From an uncultured Flavobacteriales bacterium (lineage in GTDB: Bacteria; Bacteroidota; Bacteroidia; Flavobacteriales_D; Crocinitomicaceae), in contig CALJKJ010000042.1 in the NCBI GenBank assembly GCA_937973685.1, positions 1,551-65,550 on the forward strand: a stretch of 64,000 nucleotides of DNA. The letters are read 5' to 3'. The notes under the pieces were generated by a model, which did not search any database, had not been told where the DNA came from, and saw nothing but the letters and a program-made list of their open reading frames with translations. Each line of letters starts with the position of its first letter. Within the stretch, counting starts at the first letter, position 1. Made by a program: the position numbers and the translations under genes. Of the stretch, positions 46,127 to 55,770 are shown piece after piece.

Positions 46127-47827
46127 ATGAAAAATTGGTTATTCGGATTAACAACATTTTGTAGTATTCAGTTAACTCTTGGTCAAACCACCAATGATGG
46201 TTCGTTAACTGGAAACATGGAAACAACCTTTCAGTACTTAAATGCAGATTCTTTAATCGGTGCAACTCAACCTGAATCTAAAGGATTGATGAGTTCATAC
46301 ATGAACGTATTTTACCGCAATGGAAACTTCAAAGCAGGAATGCGTGTTGAGTCGTACTTACCTAGAATTCAAGGTTACCCGAATCGTTTTGATGGAACGG
46401 GAATAGGAATGCGCTATATAGGTTATGCGAATGATTTCATTGACATTACACTTGGGCATTTCTATGAACAATTTGGACAAGGTACTGCGCTTCGTGTTTA
46501 TGAAGACCGCAACTTAGGCTATGATAATGTGTTAGATGGAGCACGCATAATATTAAAACCCGTAAAAGGTGTTCAATTAAAAGGTGTTTACGGTTATCAA
46601 CGTTATTCATTCCAGAATGGAAGTGTTGTTAATTCAGCTGGTATTACTCGAGGAGCGGATGCTCAATTTCATTTAAACGACCTCATCAAACCATTAACAA
46701 AAAGTGGGTTAGACATAACGCTTGGCGGTTCATTTGTAAGTAAATACCAAGTTGACAACGATCCCGATTATATATTACCGCAAAACGTAGGTGTTTATGG
46801 TGGTCGTGCAGACATTCGTTATAAAAAATGGACGTTAAATGCCGAGTTTACTCACAAAGACAATGACCCATCAGCTGATAACAATTACAGTTATAATCCA
46901 GGTCACTCTGCGATATTAAATGTTGGTTACTCAAAAAAAGGGTTAGGTATTGTTTTCTCTGCAAAATCAGTAGACAACATGAGCTTTCGATCAGACAGAA
47001 CAAAAGATTTACAAGACTTAATCATTAATTATTTACCTGCATTAAACAAAACTCACTCGTATAATCTTGTCGCTACTCTTTACCCCTATGCAACTCGTCC
47101 AGTTGGTGAAATTGCTTTTCAAGGTGAAGTGTTGTACATGATTCCAAAAGGGAAAATCAACAAGAAATTTGGTGTGCCAATCAATGTCAATTTTTCAACA
47201 GCTTATTTACCTATCAAATCTACTTCAGGAATTAATCCAAATGACTCATCTCGAATTAATTATGTAGGTAAACCATTTAATATGAGCGACTCTTTACTTT
47301 GGAGAGATTTCAATGTGAATGTTACTTATAAATTCACCAAAACATTCTACTTAATTGCTGCTTATTACAACATCTCAATTAACAATGATGTCTCTAAAAT
47401 ATCAGGAGATGCGCATGGGTTAATCCGCTCAAATATTGGAGTAGCTGAGTTGGGTTGGAAAATCAATAAAAACAATAATTTACGCATGGAATTCCAAGCA
47501 TTATTCACTAATAAAATTGATAAGGTTAATGAAGACCAAACGATTTCTCGTGTGAGTAATGACAAGGGAAATTGGGCAACAGTTGTAGCTGAATATTCTA
47601 TTTCGCCAAATTGGTTCTTTGCTGTAATGGATCAATACAATTATGGAAACAACAATCCTGAATTACGATTACATTATTTAATCGGAACTGTTGGTTATTT
47701 GAAAGATGCAACACGTATAGCAGTTAATTATGGCCGTCAACGTGCAGGGTTATTTTGTGTTGGAGGTGTTTGTCGATTTGTTCCAGCTTCCAATGGTTTA
47801 ACATTGACTGTTTCTCATAGTTTCTAA
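46127..47827 (+). CDS. Outer-membrane beta-barrel, DUF6029-like
   Basis: Signal peptide, amphipathic beta strands, GHFYEQFGQG, LGYDNVLDG, C-terminal GRQRAGLFCVGGVCRFVPASNG...F. Confidence 0.7.
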   Translation: MKNWLFGLTTFCSIQLTLGQTTNDGSLTGNMETTFQYLNADSLIGATQPESKGLMSSYMNVFYRNGNFKAGMRVESYLPRIQGYPNRFDGTGIGMRYIGYANDFIDITLGHFYEQFGQGTALRVYEDRNLGYDNVLDGARIILKPVKGVQLKGVYGYQRYSFQNGSVVNSAGITRGADAQFHLNDLIKPLTKSGLDITLGGSFVSKYQVDNDPDYILPQNVGVYGGRADIRYKKWTLNAEFTHKDNDPSADNNYSYNPGHSAILNVGYSKKGLGIVFSAKSVDNMSFRSDRTKDLQDLIINYLPALNKTHSYNLVATLYPYATRPVGEIAFQGEVLYMIPKGKINKKFGVPINVNFSTAYLPIKSTSGINPNDSSRINYVGKPFNMSDSLLWRDFNVNVTYKFTKTFYLIAAYYNISINNDVSKISGDAHGLIRSNIGVAELGWKINKNNNLRMEFQALFTNKIDKVNEDQTISRVSNDKGNWATVVAEYSISPNWFFAVMDQYNYGNNNPELRLHYLIGTVGYLKDATRIAVNYGRQRAGLFCVGGVCRFVPASNGLTLTVSHSF

Positions 47828-47836
47828 TTTATTATC

Positions 47837-48784
47837 ATGAAAAAAATAAGTATATATTTAGGATTCATTCTCTTGCTAGTTATTATTTCAAGTTGTGATA
47901 AAGTAACAAATCCTTATCCACCAACCAGTGGAGGAAATGGTGAACTAGACTGGAGTTTATATCCGGATGGAGATTCTGCTCATTATGCGCAAAATAAATG
48001 GCCAACATTTATTGCTAATACAAATTCATTGCGCAATGTACTCATAGAAGATTTTACAGGTCATACATGTAACAGTTGTCCTGCTGCAGCAACTCTAGCA
48101 CATACCCTAGAAACGAACAATCCAGCACGTGTATTTACGGCAACTATTCATACTGGACCAACAGGAATGGGACCTTTACAAGCTGTCCAATTACCAGACT
48201 ATCCTACAAATTGGACAAATCCACAAGGTTTAGAAATTGGTAAGTATTTTGGGTCAATACCAGGTTCAGCTTTTCAAGGTAATCCACGAGGAACAATCAA
48301 TCGGACAAATAATGGCGGACAATTAACATTACATCCATCTGGCTGGACGAGTAAAGTCAATAGTATTATTGCTGCAAACGATTTAAAAGTAAATGTTCAA
48401 GCACACAGTAATTATTTTGCAAGTACACGTGGTTACTTTTTGCATACAGAACTTGCTCTTTTAGATGCTTCACTTGTTGCAAACCAGTTAGGTATGGTTG
48501 TTTATTTGATAGAAGATTCTATTATCGGCGATCAAAAAATGTCTGATAACTCACACAATCCTACTTATGTTCACCGTGATGTGATGAGAAGTTGTATCGA
48601 TGGAAAAGCTTTTGGAAGAACAATTTCAACCTCAAACCTTTCAACGAATGGCAACTACTATTTGAACTATAGCTACAAATTGCCCGCATCTTATGATCCG
48701 ACAAATACGCATGTGTTGATTTATGTCTACGACAAAACAACCATGGAAATTTATCAAGTCATTGAACACGAAATAATTGAATAA
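47837..48784 (+). CDS. Omp28 family outer-membrane lipoprotein with CxxC
   Basis: Lipobox ISSC; VLIEDFTGHTCNSCPAA; YLIEDSI; HRDVMR. Confidence 0.85.
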   Translation: MKKISIYLGFILLLVIISSCDKVTNPYPPTSGGNGELDWSLYPDGDSAHYAQNKWPTFIANTNSLRNVLIEDFTGHTCNSCPAAATLAHTLETNNPARVFTATIHTGPTGMGPLQAVQLPDYPTNWTNPQGLEIGKYFGSIPGSAFQGNPRGTINRTNNGGQLTLHPSGWTSKVNSIIAANDLKVNVQAHSNYFASTRGYFLHTELALLDASLVANQLGMVVYLIEDSIIGDQKMSDNSHNPTYVHRDVMRSCIDGKAFGRTISTSNLSTNGNYYLNYSYKLPASYDPTNTHVLIYVYDKTTMEIYQVIEHEIIE

Positions 48785-48817
48785 AAAAATGCTGTCTTAA
48801 TTAGACAGCATTTTTTT
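48783..48817. terminator. Bidirectional terminator after the Omp28 operon
   Basis: AAAAAAATGCTGTCT-taatt-AGACAGCATTTTTTT perfect stem. Confidence 0.9.
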
Positions 48818-48836
48818 AAACTATTGTAATCTATTA

Positions 48837-49307
48837 TTATTCGAATTCGATTAATAACCCACCTTTTTCTACTACATCTTGTGGATTGATTGAAATATGC
48901 TTAACGACGCCTATTCCTTCAGCCTTCAACACATTTTCCATTTTCATTGCTTCCAATGTTAGTAATGGGTCACCAACTTGAACCTCTTGTCCGATTTGAA
49001 CTGATATGCCAACAACTCTTCCAGGCATTGGCGCTTTCAATTGTTTCAACTTACGCACTTTTGGTTTGTCCAATCCCATTGAAGCAATTAATGCATCGAG
49101 AGGTTGTCCTTTTTTAACTTCAAAAACGCGGTGGTTTAATTTCAAGGTCAATAATCCTTCTTCTTGACGATTTGACATGACTTCACCTCTGTATTTTTTT
49201 CCTTTGTAGGTGATGGAGAAAAACTGTTGATTTTCCCATTTCAGGTTTACGCCATCTGTATTTGTGATGAAGTCTTTTCCGTCTAACTGCCAATTTGAAG
49301 TTTGCAT
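48837..49307 (-). CDS. Biotin carboxyl carrier protein (acyl-CoA carboxylase biotinyl subunit)
   Basis: LKAPMPG...LEAMKMEN biotinylation motif. Likely start is ATG 49307. Confidence 0.9.
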   Translation of the reverse strand: MQTSNWQLDGKDFITNTDGVNLKWENQQFFSITYKGKKYRGEVMSNRQEEGLLTLKLNHRVFEVKKGQPLDALIASMGLDKPKVRKLKQLKAPMPGRVVGISVQIGQEVQVGDPLLTLEAMKMENVLKAEGIGVVKHISINPQDVVEKGGLLIEFE

Positions 49308-49427
49308 TGTTTTAAGCTTTGAAACAAATTTAAAAACAATTTTATGCAATTGAAGTAAATTTCTCTCAAAATCACTGAAATGAATAATTTGAATTGGTAT
49401 CTTCGAAACTTAAAATTAAAAATGAGT

Positions 49428-52037
49428 ATGAAAAAAATACTATTCTTCATCGGATTATCCTTGATTAGTTGTCATTCAACAAAAGGGAAATTGAATGGAA
49501 AAGATGGAGTAAATACAGTTGTTACCACTACAAATGAGCAACTTACAACTGAAAACAAAAAGATTTACCACGGAAGTGAAACACTTTTAACAGATTTGAT
49601 TCATACCAAATTAGAAGTGTCATTTGATTGGACAAAATCGTGGATGTATGGTAAAGAAACACTGACTGCGAAACCACATTTTTATGCTACAAACGAGTTG
49701 ATTTTAGATGCAAAAGGAATGGAAATCAAAGCTATTAGCTTAAATGGAGCACCATTGAAATATACCTACAGCAATGATGTGTTAACTATTACTCTTGACA
49801 AAACCTATCAACGAACACAACAATATACGGTTGTTATTGATTATATCGCAAAACCAGATGAACGGTTAACTTCTGGTTCTTCAGCCATTTCAAGTGATAA
49901 AGGACTATATTTCATCAATCCAAAAGGATTGGAAAACAATAAAATGCCGCAAATTTGGACACAAGGTGAAACAGAAGCTAGTTCAGTTTGGTTTCCAACA
50001 ATTGACGCACCTAATAGTAAAACGACACAAGAAATTTTTATTACCGTTGACAACAAATATGTTACACTTTCGAATGGTAAATTAATTTCTTCGAAAGAAA
50101 ATGGAAACGGAACACGTGTTGACCATTGGAAACAAGATTTGGCGCACGCTCCTTATTTATTCATGATGGGAATTGGTGAATTCAAAGTGGTGAAAGATTA
50201 TTACACACGCCAGAATGGAACCCAAATGGAAGTCAATTATTATGTTGAACCAGAGTGGGAATCAAGTGCAAAAGCAATTTTTGGTGAAACACCTGCAATG
50301 ATTGACTATTTCTCCAAGTTATTGGGGGTAGAATATCCTTGGGACAAGTATTCCCAAATTGTTGTGCGTGATTATGTGTCTGGGGCGATGGAAAACACCG
50401 GCGCTGTTGTTTTTGGAGACTACGCTTACAAAACCGAGCGTGAGTTGTTAGATGGTAACGATCAATCGACGATTGCCCATGAATTGTTTCACCATTGGTT
50501 TGGCGATTTAGTAACGTGTGAATCGTGGTCGAATTTATCTTTAAACGAATCGTTTGCAAATTATTCGCAATACTTATGGGATGAATTTAAATTTGGAAAA
50601 GACGAAGCAGATTATCGTGCAATTGAAGAAGCTGAAGGTTATTATGCCTCTGCTGATCAAGGTGGTTTCCACAATTTAATTTGGTTCGACTACAATTCGC
50701 AAGAAGACATGTTTGATGGTCACTCGTACAACAAAGGTGGGCGTATCTTACACATGTTGCGCTCATACCTTGGAGACGAAGCTTTCTTTTTAGCACTACA
50801 AAATTACTTGAAAACGAATGCATATCAACCTGCTGAATTCAACCAATTGCGTTTGGCATTTGAGTCAGTTTCTGGAGAAGATTTAAACTGGTTTTTTAAC
50901 CAATGGTATTTGGACAAGGGTCATCCGACTTTGAACTTGAAATATTCTTTCAATGCTGCTGAAAAAACGGTAAGCTTGACTGTAGATCAAACTCAAGCAG
51001 CTGAATTCAGAACGTTTACATTACCTGTTAACGTAACAGTATTTGATGACAGAGGTGAAACGACGCAACGTATTTGGATTGATAAAAAAAGTGAAGTGTT
51101 TACTTTTCCAGTAGTAGGAACACTTAAAAACGTATTGTTTGATAACCAAGCGATGGTTTTGGCACGTATAGTAGAAGAAAAACCGCAAGAGTGGTACATT
51201 CATCAATACTACAATGGAAAAAAATATATTCATCGTAAAAATGCATTTCAGTTTGGTTTGACGACACAATCTGCTGCTACAGATCAATTAATCCTGGACG
51301 GTTTAAAAGATCCATTTTGGGATATTCGTTCTGTTGCAATGAGTAATTATGCACGTTTATCGGGTGATGCAAAATTACGTGCAATGGCTATCATTAAAGC
51401 TGCTGTTCAAAATGATGCTTCGCCAAGCGTGCGTGAAAGTGCATTAACAATCGTAAGTAATAATGCATCAACGGAAGAAGCGACTGCTTATCTTGAAGAT
51501 CGAATTAAAAATGATCGTTCTTATGCTGTAATTAGCAAAGGATTGGAAGAACTTGCTAAAATTGATGTGTCAAGTGCACTCAAATTTGCAAAACAATTAG
51601 AAAAAGAAAAATCTTCTAAAATGATTGGTAGTATTTGTGGTTTATATGGAAAAGTAGGAACAACAACATACATACCTTTTTTTCAAACTGCATTTAATAA
51701 CAATTTATTACAAGGTTCAGATAAATTGGAAGCATTGTTTGGGTTTACCGTACTTTTAGCAAAACAAGATGCTTTAGTGCAACGTCAATACTTGCCGATT
51801 TTAGAAGATCAAGGTAAAAATGGTGGGATTTATGCACAAATGTTCTATCCGCAATTTATTGGCTACTTATCCGATGCATTAACAAATAGTATCGTTGATT
51901 TGAAAGACAAAGAAGCACAAGCTAAAAAATCAGGAAATACCAATGCAGAATCAATTGCAAATGGAAAAAGAATAGAAGCCGAAGCATTGTTGCATGATTA
52001 TGAAAGCATATTAAATACTTTAAATAAAGAAGATTAA
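49428..52037 (+). CDS. M1 family aminopeptidase, lipoprotein, with C-terminal HEAT-like repeats
   Basis: Lipobox LISC; GAMEN; HELFH-x18-E zinc motif; YNKGG. Likely start 49428. Confidence 0.92.
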   Translation: MKKILFFIGLSLISCHSTKGKLNGKDGVNTVVTTTNEQLTTENKKIYHGSETLLTDLIHTKLEVSFDWTKSWMYGKETLTAKPHFYATNELILDAKGMEIKAISLNGAPLKYTYSNDVLTITLDKTYQRTQQYTVVIDYIAKPDERLTSGSSAISSDKGLYFINPKGLENNKMPQIWTQGETEASSVWFPTIDAPNSKTTQEIFITVDNKYVTLSNGKLISSKENGNGTRVDHWKQDLAHAPYLFMMGIGEFKVVKDYYTRQNGTQMEVNYYVEPEWESSAKAIFGETPAMIDYFSKLLGVEYPWDKYSQIVVRDYVSGAMENTGAVVFGDYAYKTERELLDGNDQSTIAHELFHHWFGDLVTCESWSNLSLNESFANYSQYLWDEFKFGKDEADYRAIEEAEGYYASADQGGFHNLIWFDYNSQEDMFDGHSYNKGGRILHMLRSYLGDEAFFLALQNYLKTNAYQPAEFNQLRLAFESVSGEDLNWFFNQWYLDKGHPTLNLKYSFNAAEKTVSLTVDQTQAAEFRTFTLPVNVTVFDDRGETTQRIWIDKKSEVFTFPVVGTLKNVLFDNQAMVLARIVEEKPQEWYIHQYYNGKKYIHRKNAFQFGLTTQSAATDQLILDGLKDPFWDIRSVAMSNYARLSGDAKLRAMAIIKAAVQNDASPSVRESALTIVSNNASTEEATAYLEDRIKNDRSYAVISKGLEELAKIDVSSALKFAKQLEKEKSSKMIGSICGLYGKVGTTTYIPFFQTAFNNNLLQGSDKLEALFGFTVLLAKQDALVQRQYLPILEDQGKNGGIYAQMFYPQFIGYLSDALTNSIVDLKDKEAQAKKSGNTNAESIANGKRIEAEALLHDYESILNTLNKED

Positions 52038-55000
52038 TTAGAAAAACGCTTTTAATTCCATTCCGCCAGCATGAACAAAAGGTGAAAGCTGACTTTTTCT
52101 GCCGGAATATTGAATGGCTAATTGCAAACTTTTTGATATGGTTCGTTGATACCCAACGGACCATATTGCGTTTTTACCCGCTTTTAAAGCTTCTAATAAT
52201 TCAAAACCTAATGGAGAATTTGCATTGCCAATAAAATCAATTTGAACGACATTTAATTGAACTTGAAGGCTTCCTTTTTGCGCTTGGTTATATTTGACAG
52301 TACAACCAATATCTTTTACCGTAGCTGATTCTCCCCCTAAATTAATTGCATTTTGTTTCTTCGAATAACGCGCATCCAAACTCAAACGTAAAGTTGTTGA
52401 TGGTTGAAAAACAAGTGATGGTTTCCAAATAAAGTAATTTAATTGATAGTTACGTCCTGTAGTATAATCGACAATAGATTGTTTTTCACCCGTTTCAAAC
52501 GATTGCAATACACTCCATTCTTTGTGAAACGTATACCGACCATTGATACTGTGACTCGCTTTGTATTTACCATCATAACCAGTGGCTAACAATAGTTTTG
52601 ATTGAGAAACATCGTACGAATAATCTGCACTAAAAACCGCACTCGTGCGATTAAAATAAACCGTATGTTTCATATTGGTCGTTGCAGAAATAATATCCTG
52701 GTTATCAATACGTCCTACAAAAGGATTGTACGCGTTGATGCCTTCAAAAAAAGCTGTTTTCCGTTGAATCCGCAAACGACTTTGTGTTGAAAATCGAGCT
52801 AATTGTTTTTTCAATCGGTTGTTTGAAGACGCCCACAAACGTTCTGGTCGAATGGTTAACGATTGATTAAACTCATTCGAATATGTTTTGCTGTATTCAT
52901 TCGAAGGCGTAAAAACACGGATATAACTAGCTTGATCGGCATACGCAGCAATTTCAAATTCATTCAAATCTTTGATATTATCTCCATTATAATCAACCCA
53001 AGTATACACCCCTTGACCATCGTTTACTTTGATATAAATAAACGCTTTTTTCAATTCTAATCCCGCACCTACTTCATAAAAAGTTGTCAATTGCACCGCA
53101 TTCTTTGCAAAGCGCCATTCGTGATCAATCCGACCATTTGTTGTGTTTTCTGGTTGTTGATTGATTAATGTACTATCAACAATTGCAAGTACCCTGTAAT
53201 TACCAATGAGTAATAAGCGTTGGTTTTTCCAATTTTTCTTTGACCACTCAATACTTGCTGTTTTTGCCTTTGCTGCAGTTGCAAATTGGGATAAATTGGA
53301 GCGTCCATCTAACCGTTCTCGGTACGACAATCGAAATTCACCTGATGTTGAATCGCCAAATACGGCATACCCTTGATAATCGAAAAATGAATACGACGCT
53401 GTTGTCAATGTTGTTGCGGATTTATAGGCATTCCATTCTTGATCGGCTTTGTAGCCAACTTTTAGCCAACGGTAACTTTTTGACACATCTACTTTATGGC
53501 GAAAAAACCGATTGCTCGCTACTGTTGTTGCGCTTAACATACTTCCATCTCCTTGAATGCGCAAACCGTTTTTATACCAAGCAACTAAGACTTGACTTTT
53601 TACTCCCGAAAAATCATTTCCAATTTTAAAGTTTTGTGCATTCCATTCAATGGATCCATATTGTTGATGCTTCAACGCTGTTCTGAAGGTTGTATAAATC
53701 TGATTCCCTTCGTAATGTTGATTTCTTGTGTTCCAATCGCGGTCAAATTCAACAGCTCTGTATTGTTCAATTGGTTTAAAAAACGGATCCAATAATTCGC
53801 ATTCGAGTTGGTTTTTCCACGACCATTTTTTAACCGTGTCTTTACCGAAAGGTACGGAATGAGTTAGTTGTGCCCGAAAAGAAAATCCTTTATCGTCTCG
53901 TTTATCTTTCGAAGAAAACGTGTTTTTATCGGTCGTGCTCATAGCGGTTTCAGTCAGTAGGCTCAGGCGATCTGAAAAACGATACTTTCCGCCTAGCGCA
54001 ATTAATTGTTGCTTTTTTGGAGTGATCAACATTTTAACTGGCGCATAATCTCCTTGAGGAATTCCACCAACAGGTTGAAGCCATTTGTACACTTTCCCAA
54101 GCGCATTGAATTTTTCAAAAACATAATCACCATTTCCCTGACCAACGTATGAAAAAGTCACTTTGTAAATAGCTAGTGTTGGATTGATAGATGCAACTAA
54201 AACGGTATCAAATCCCAATGAATCGACTAATTGATACATGACCAAGTTTTCGGAAAAACCAACGGAATCAATGACGAAGCTTTGAGCCAATTCCAAACTG
54301 TCACCAATAGCTGCAAGCAATCCCTTCTGTTGATCGGTTAAATTCTGTTGCAGGGGCTGGTTTTTAACATCTTGTTCCGAATACGCATTGAACCACCAAT
54401 CCATTTTTTTAGTTGTCCCAACTGTTGAAAATTGAAAAAGCGAGCGGGCATAATTTTGATCGGCATATTGAAATTCAATGACAATTCGAATGTCTTTCGT
54501 CATTAAATTACGAGCAGTAAATGTTACTTCGGCAGTGTTGTAATCAATGACATAATCGAATTCTTGACCTCTTTTCATGAGCTTTCCATCAATAAAAACG
54601 CGTTCAGTTCCTGAAAGCACCACAATAAATGGTTCGTTTTCATTCCCGCGCAAACGATATGGTCCTTGATTCCCTTCTATTCCTGTAATTATTTGCCGGT
54701 TGAATTTTCCTTTAGACAACGCACCACTGACTTGTGTTTTAATGGTGTTAGTAGGTTTTGTTTTCCACGTGTATTCGCCTGTTAAACCTTGACCTCGTTT
54801 TTTATACGTCATGAAATAACCTTCGGGTTTACTCAACCAGAAATCACCGACTGTCATTTTAAATTGATCATTAAATAATTGAACAAATACTTGATCAAAT
54901 TCCTGTAATTTATTGGTGTTCCCTTCTGGTTGTATGGGAAGATTATTGTCGGTTACTGAAGCTAATATTTGCAAATTAGGTGCTATGTAACCAGATAATT

Positions 55001-55481
55001 CTAGGTTTAAATTAGAATTTACCGACAAATCCTGTTTGTTTCCAAAAGACACCCCTCGGGCTATACTCCCTGTTTTCTTTAAGCCTGCTGTTTCCATCAA
55101 ATCAATTGGATCATCAGTCGGTGGAATCAAAAATAAATCGCGGTTTCCTTTTGTTACACGGTACAATTGACTGGTATCGCGGTGTTGTTGCATTTGGGCG
55201 AAAGAAATGGGCAAGACACGGTATGTCAAACTGAGACTGTCTATACATTTTTGATTCAAAACTAGTCGTGCTTTTGCATAATCTATTTGATAGTAACTAG
55301 GTAAAAGCACCGCATCACCACAACGAATGACCAGTGAATGGGGTAAGATGGATAAGGTGTCGAATTGAATACTAGCGGTAGAATAAGCGATTTTTTTTGT
55401 GCGTAACGAGCTCAATTGCCCCCAAATTGATTGGGAGAAAAAGACCAAGAATATCATCCAAATAAGTTGTTTGAAACGCAT
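52038..55481 (-). CDS. Large uncharacterised outer-membrane protein with a SprA-like N-terminal half
   Basis: Signal peptide, terminal MELKAFF, beta-rich; GSIARGVSFG, ALSKGK and DYVIDYN echo SprA motifs. Confidence 0.6.
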   Translation of the reverse strand: MRFKQLIWMIFLVFFSQSIWGQLSSLRTKKIAYSTASIQFDTLSILPHSLVIRCGDAVLLPSYYQIDYAKARLVLNQKCIDSLSLTYRVLPISFAQMQQHRDTSQLYRVTKGNRDLFLIPPTDDPIDLMETAGLKKTGSIARGVSFGNKQDLSVNSNLNLELSGYIAPNLQILASVTDNNLPIQPEGNTNKLQEFDQVFVQLFNDQFKMTVGDFWLSKPEGYFMTYKKRGQGLTGEYTWKTKPTNTIKTQVSGALSKGKFNRQIITGIEGNQGPYRLRGNENEPFIVVLSGTERVFIDGKLMKRGQEFDYVIDYNTAEVTFTARNLMTKDIRIVIEFQYADQNYARSLFQFSTVGTTKKMDWWFNAYSEQDVKNQPLQQNLTDQQKGLLAAIGDSLELAQSFVIDSVGFSENLVMYQLVDSLGFDTVLVASINPTLAIYKVTFSYVGQGNGDYVFEKFNALGKVYKWLQPVGGIPQGDYAPVKMLITPKKQQLIALGGKYRFSDRLSLLTETAMSTTDKNTFSSKDKRDDKGFSFRAQLTHSVPFGKDTVKKWSWKNQLECELLDPFFKPIEQYRAVEFDRDWNTRNQHYEGNQIYTTFRTALKHQQYGSIEWNAQNFKIGNDFSGVKSQVLVAWYKNGLRIQGDGSMLSATTVASNRFFRHKVDVSKSYRWLKVGYKADQEWNAYKSATTLTTASYSFFDYQGYAVFGDSTSGEFRLSYRERLDGRSNLSQFATAAKAKTASIEWSKKNWKNQRLLLIGNYRVLAIVDSTLINQQPENTTNGRIDHEWRFAKNAVQLTTFYEVGAGLELKKAFIYIKVNDGQGVYTWVDYNGDNIKDLNEFEIAAYADQASYIRVFTPSNEYSKTYSNEFNQSLTIRPERLWASSNNRLKKQLARFSTQSRLRIQRKTAFFEGINAYNPFVGRIDNQDIISATTNMKHTVYFNRTSAVFSADYSYDVSQSKLLLATGYDGKYKASHSINGRYTFHKEWSVLQSFETGEKQSIVDYTTGRNYQLNYFIWKPSLVFQPSTTLRLSLDARYSKKQNAINLGGESATVKDIGCTVKYNQAQKGSLQVQLNVVQIDFIGNANSPLGFELLEALKAGKNAIWSVGYQRTISKSLQLAIQYSGRKSQLSPFVHAGGMELKAFF

Positions 55482-55672
55482 TTTGCTAAGATACTAACGA
55501 AATGGAAAAGAGCTTAGTATATTAATGAGAGATTTCTTTAAGAACCAAAGGATAAACCTCTCGTCATTTTGGAAATTTCCAATAAAGGAAAAAAGTAATA
55601 TTACTTCTTTCATTCTGATTATTTGAAGAAATGTTCACTCAATAAAATTGAACAAACGACTTATATAAACAA

Positions 55673-55703
55673 CAAAAATCCCTCCGATTAGAAGGGATTT
55701 TGT
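55673..55703 (-). terminator. Intrinsic terminator downstream of nrdA
   Basis: AAAATCCCT...AGGGATTTT stem, with a U-rich tail on the minus strand. Confidence 0.75.
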
Positions 55704-55770
55704 CGTGTATGTTTCATTAAAACGGCACAATAATTAACATCACACTCGTTTTATAATGTTTGATCAAGTT

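Noticed and set aside
42718-48784. Selenocysteine (UxxC) recoding in the redox cluster
   Set aside because: All motifs are ordinary TGT/TGC Cys codons in uninterrupted ORFs.
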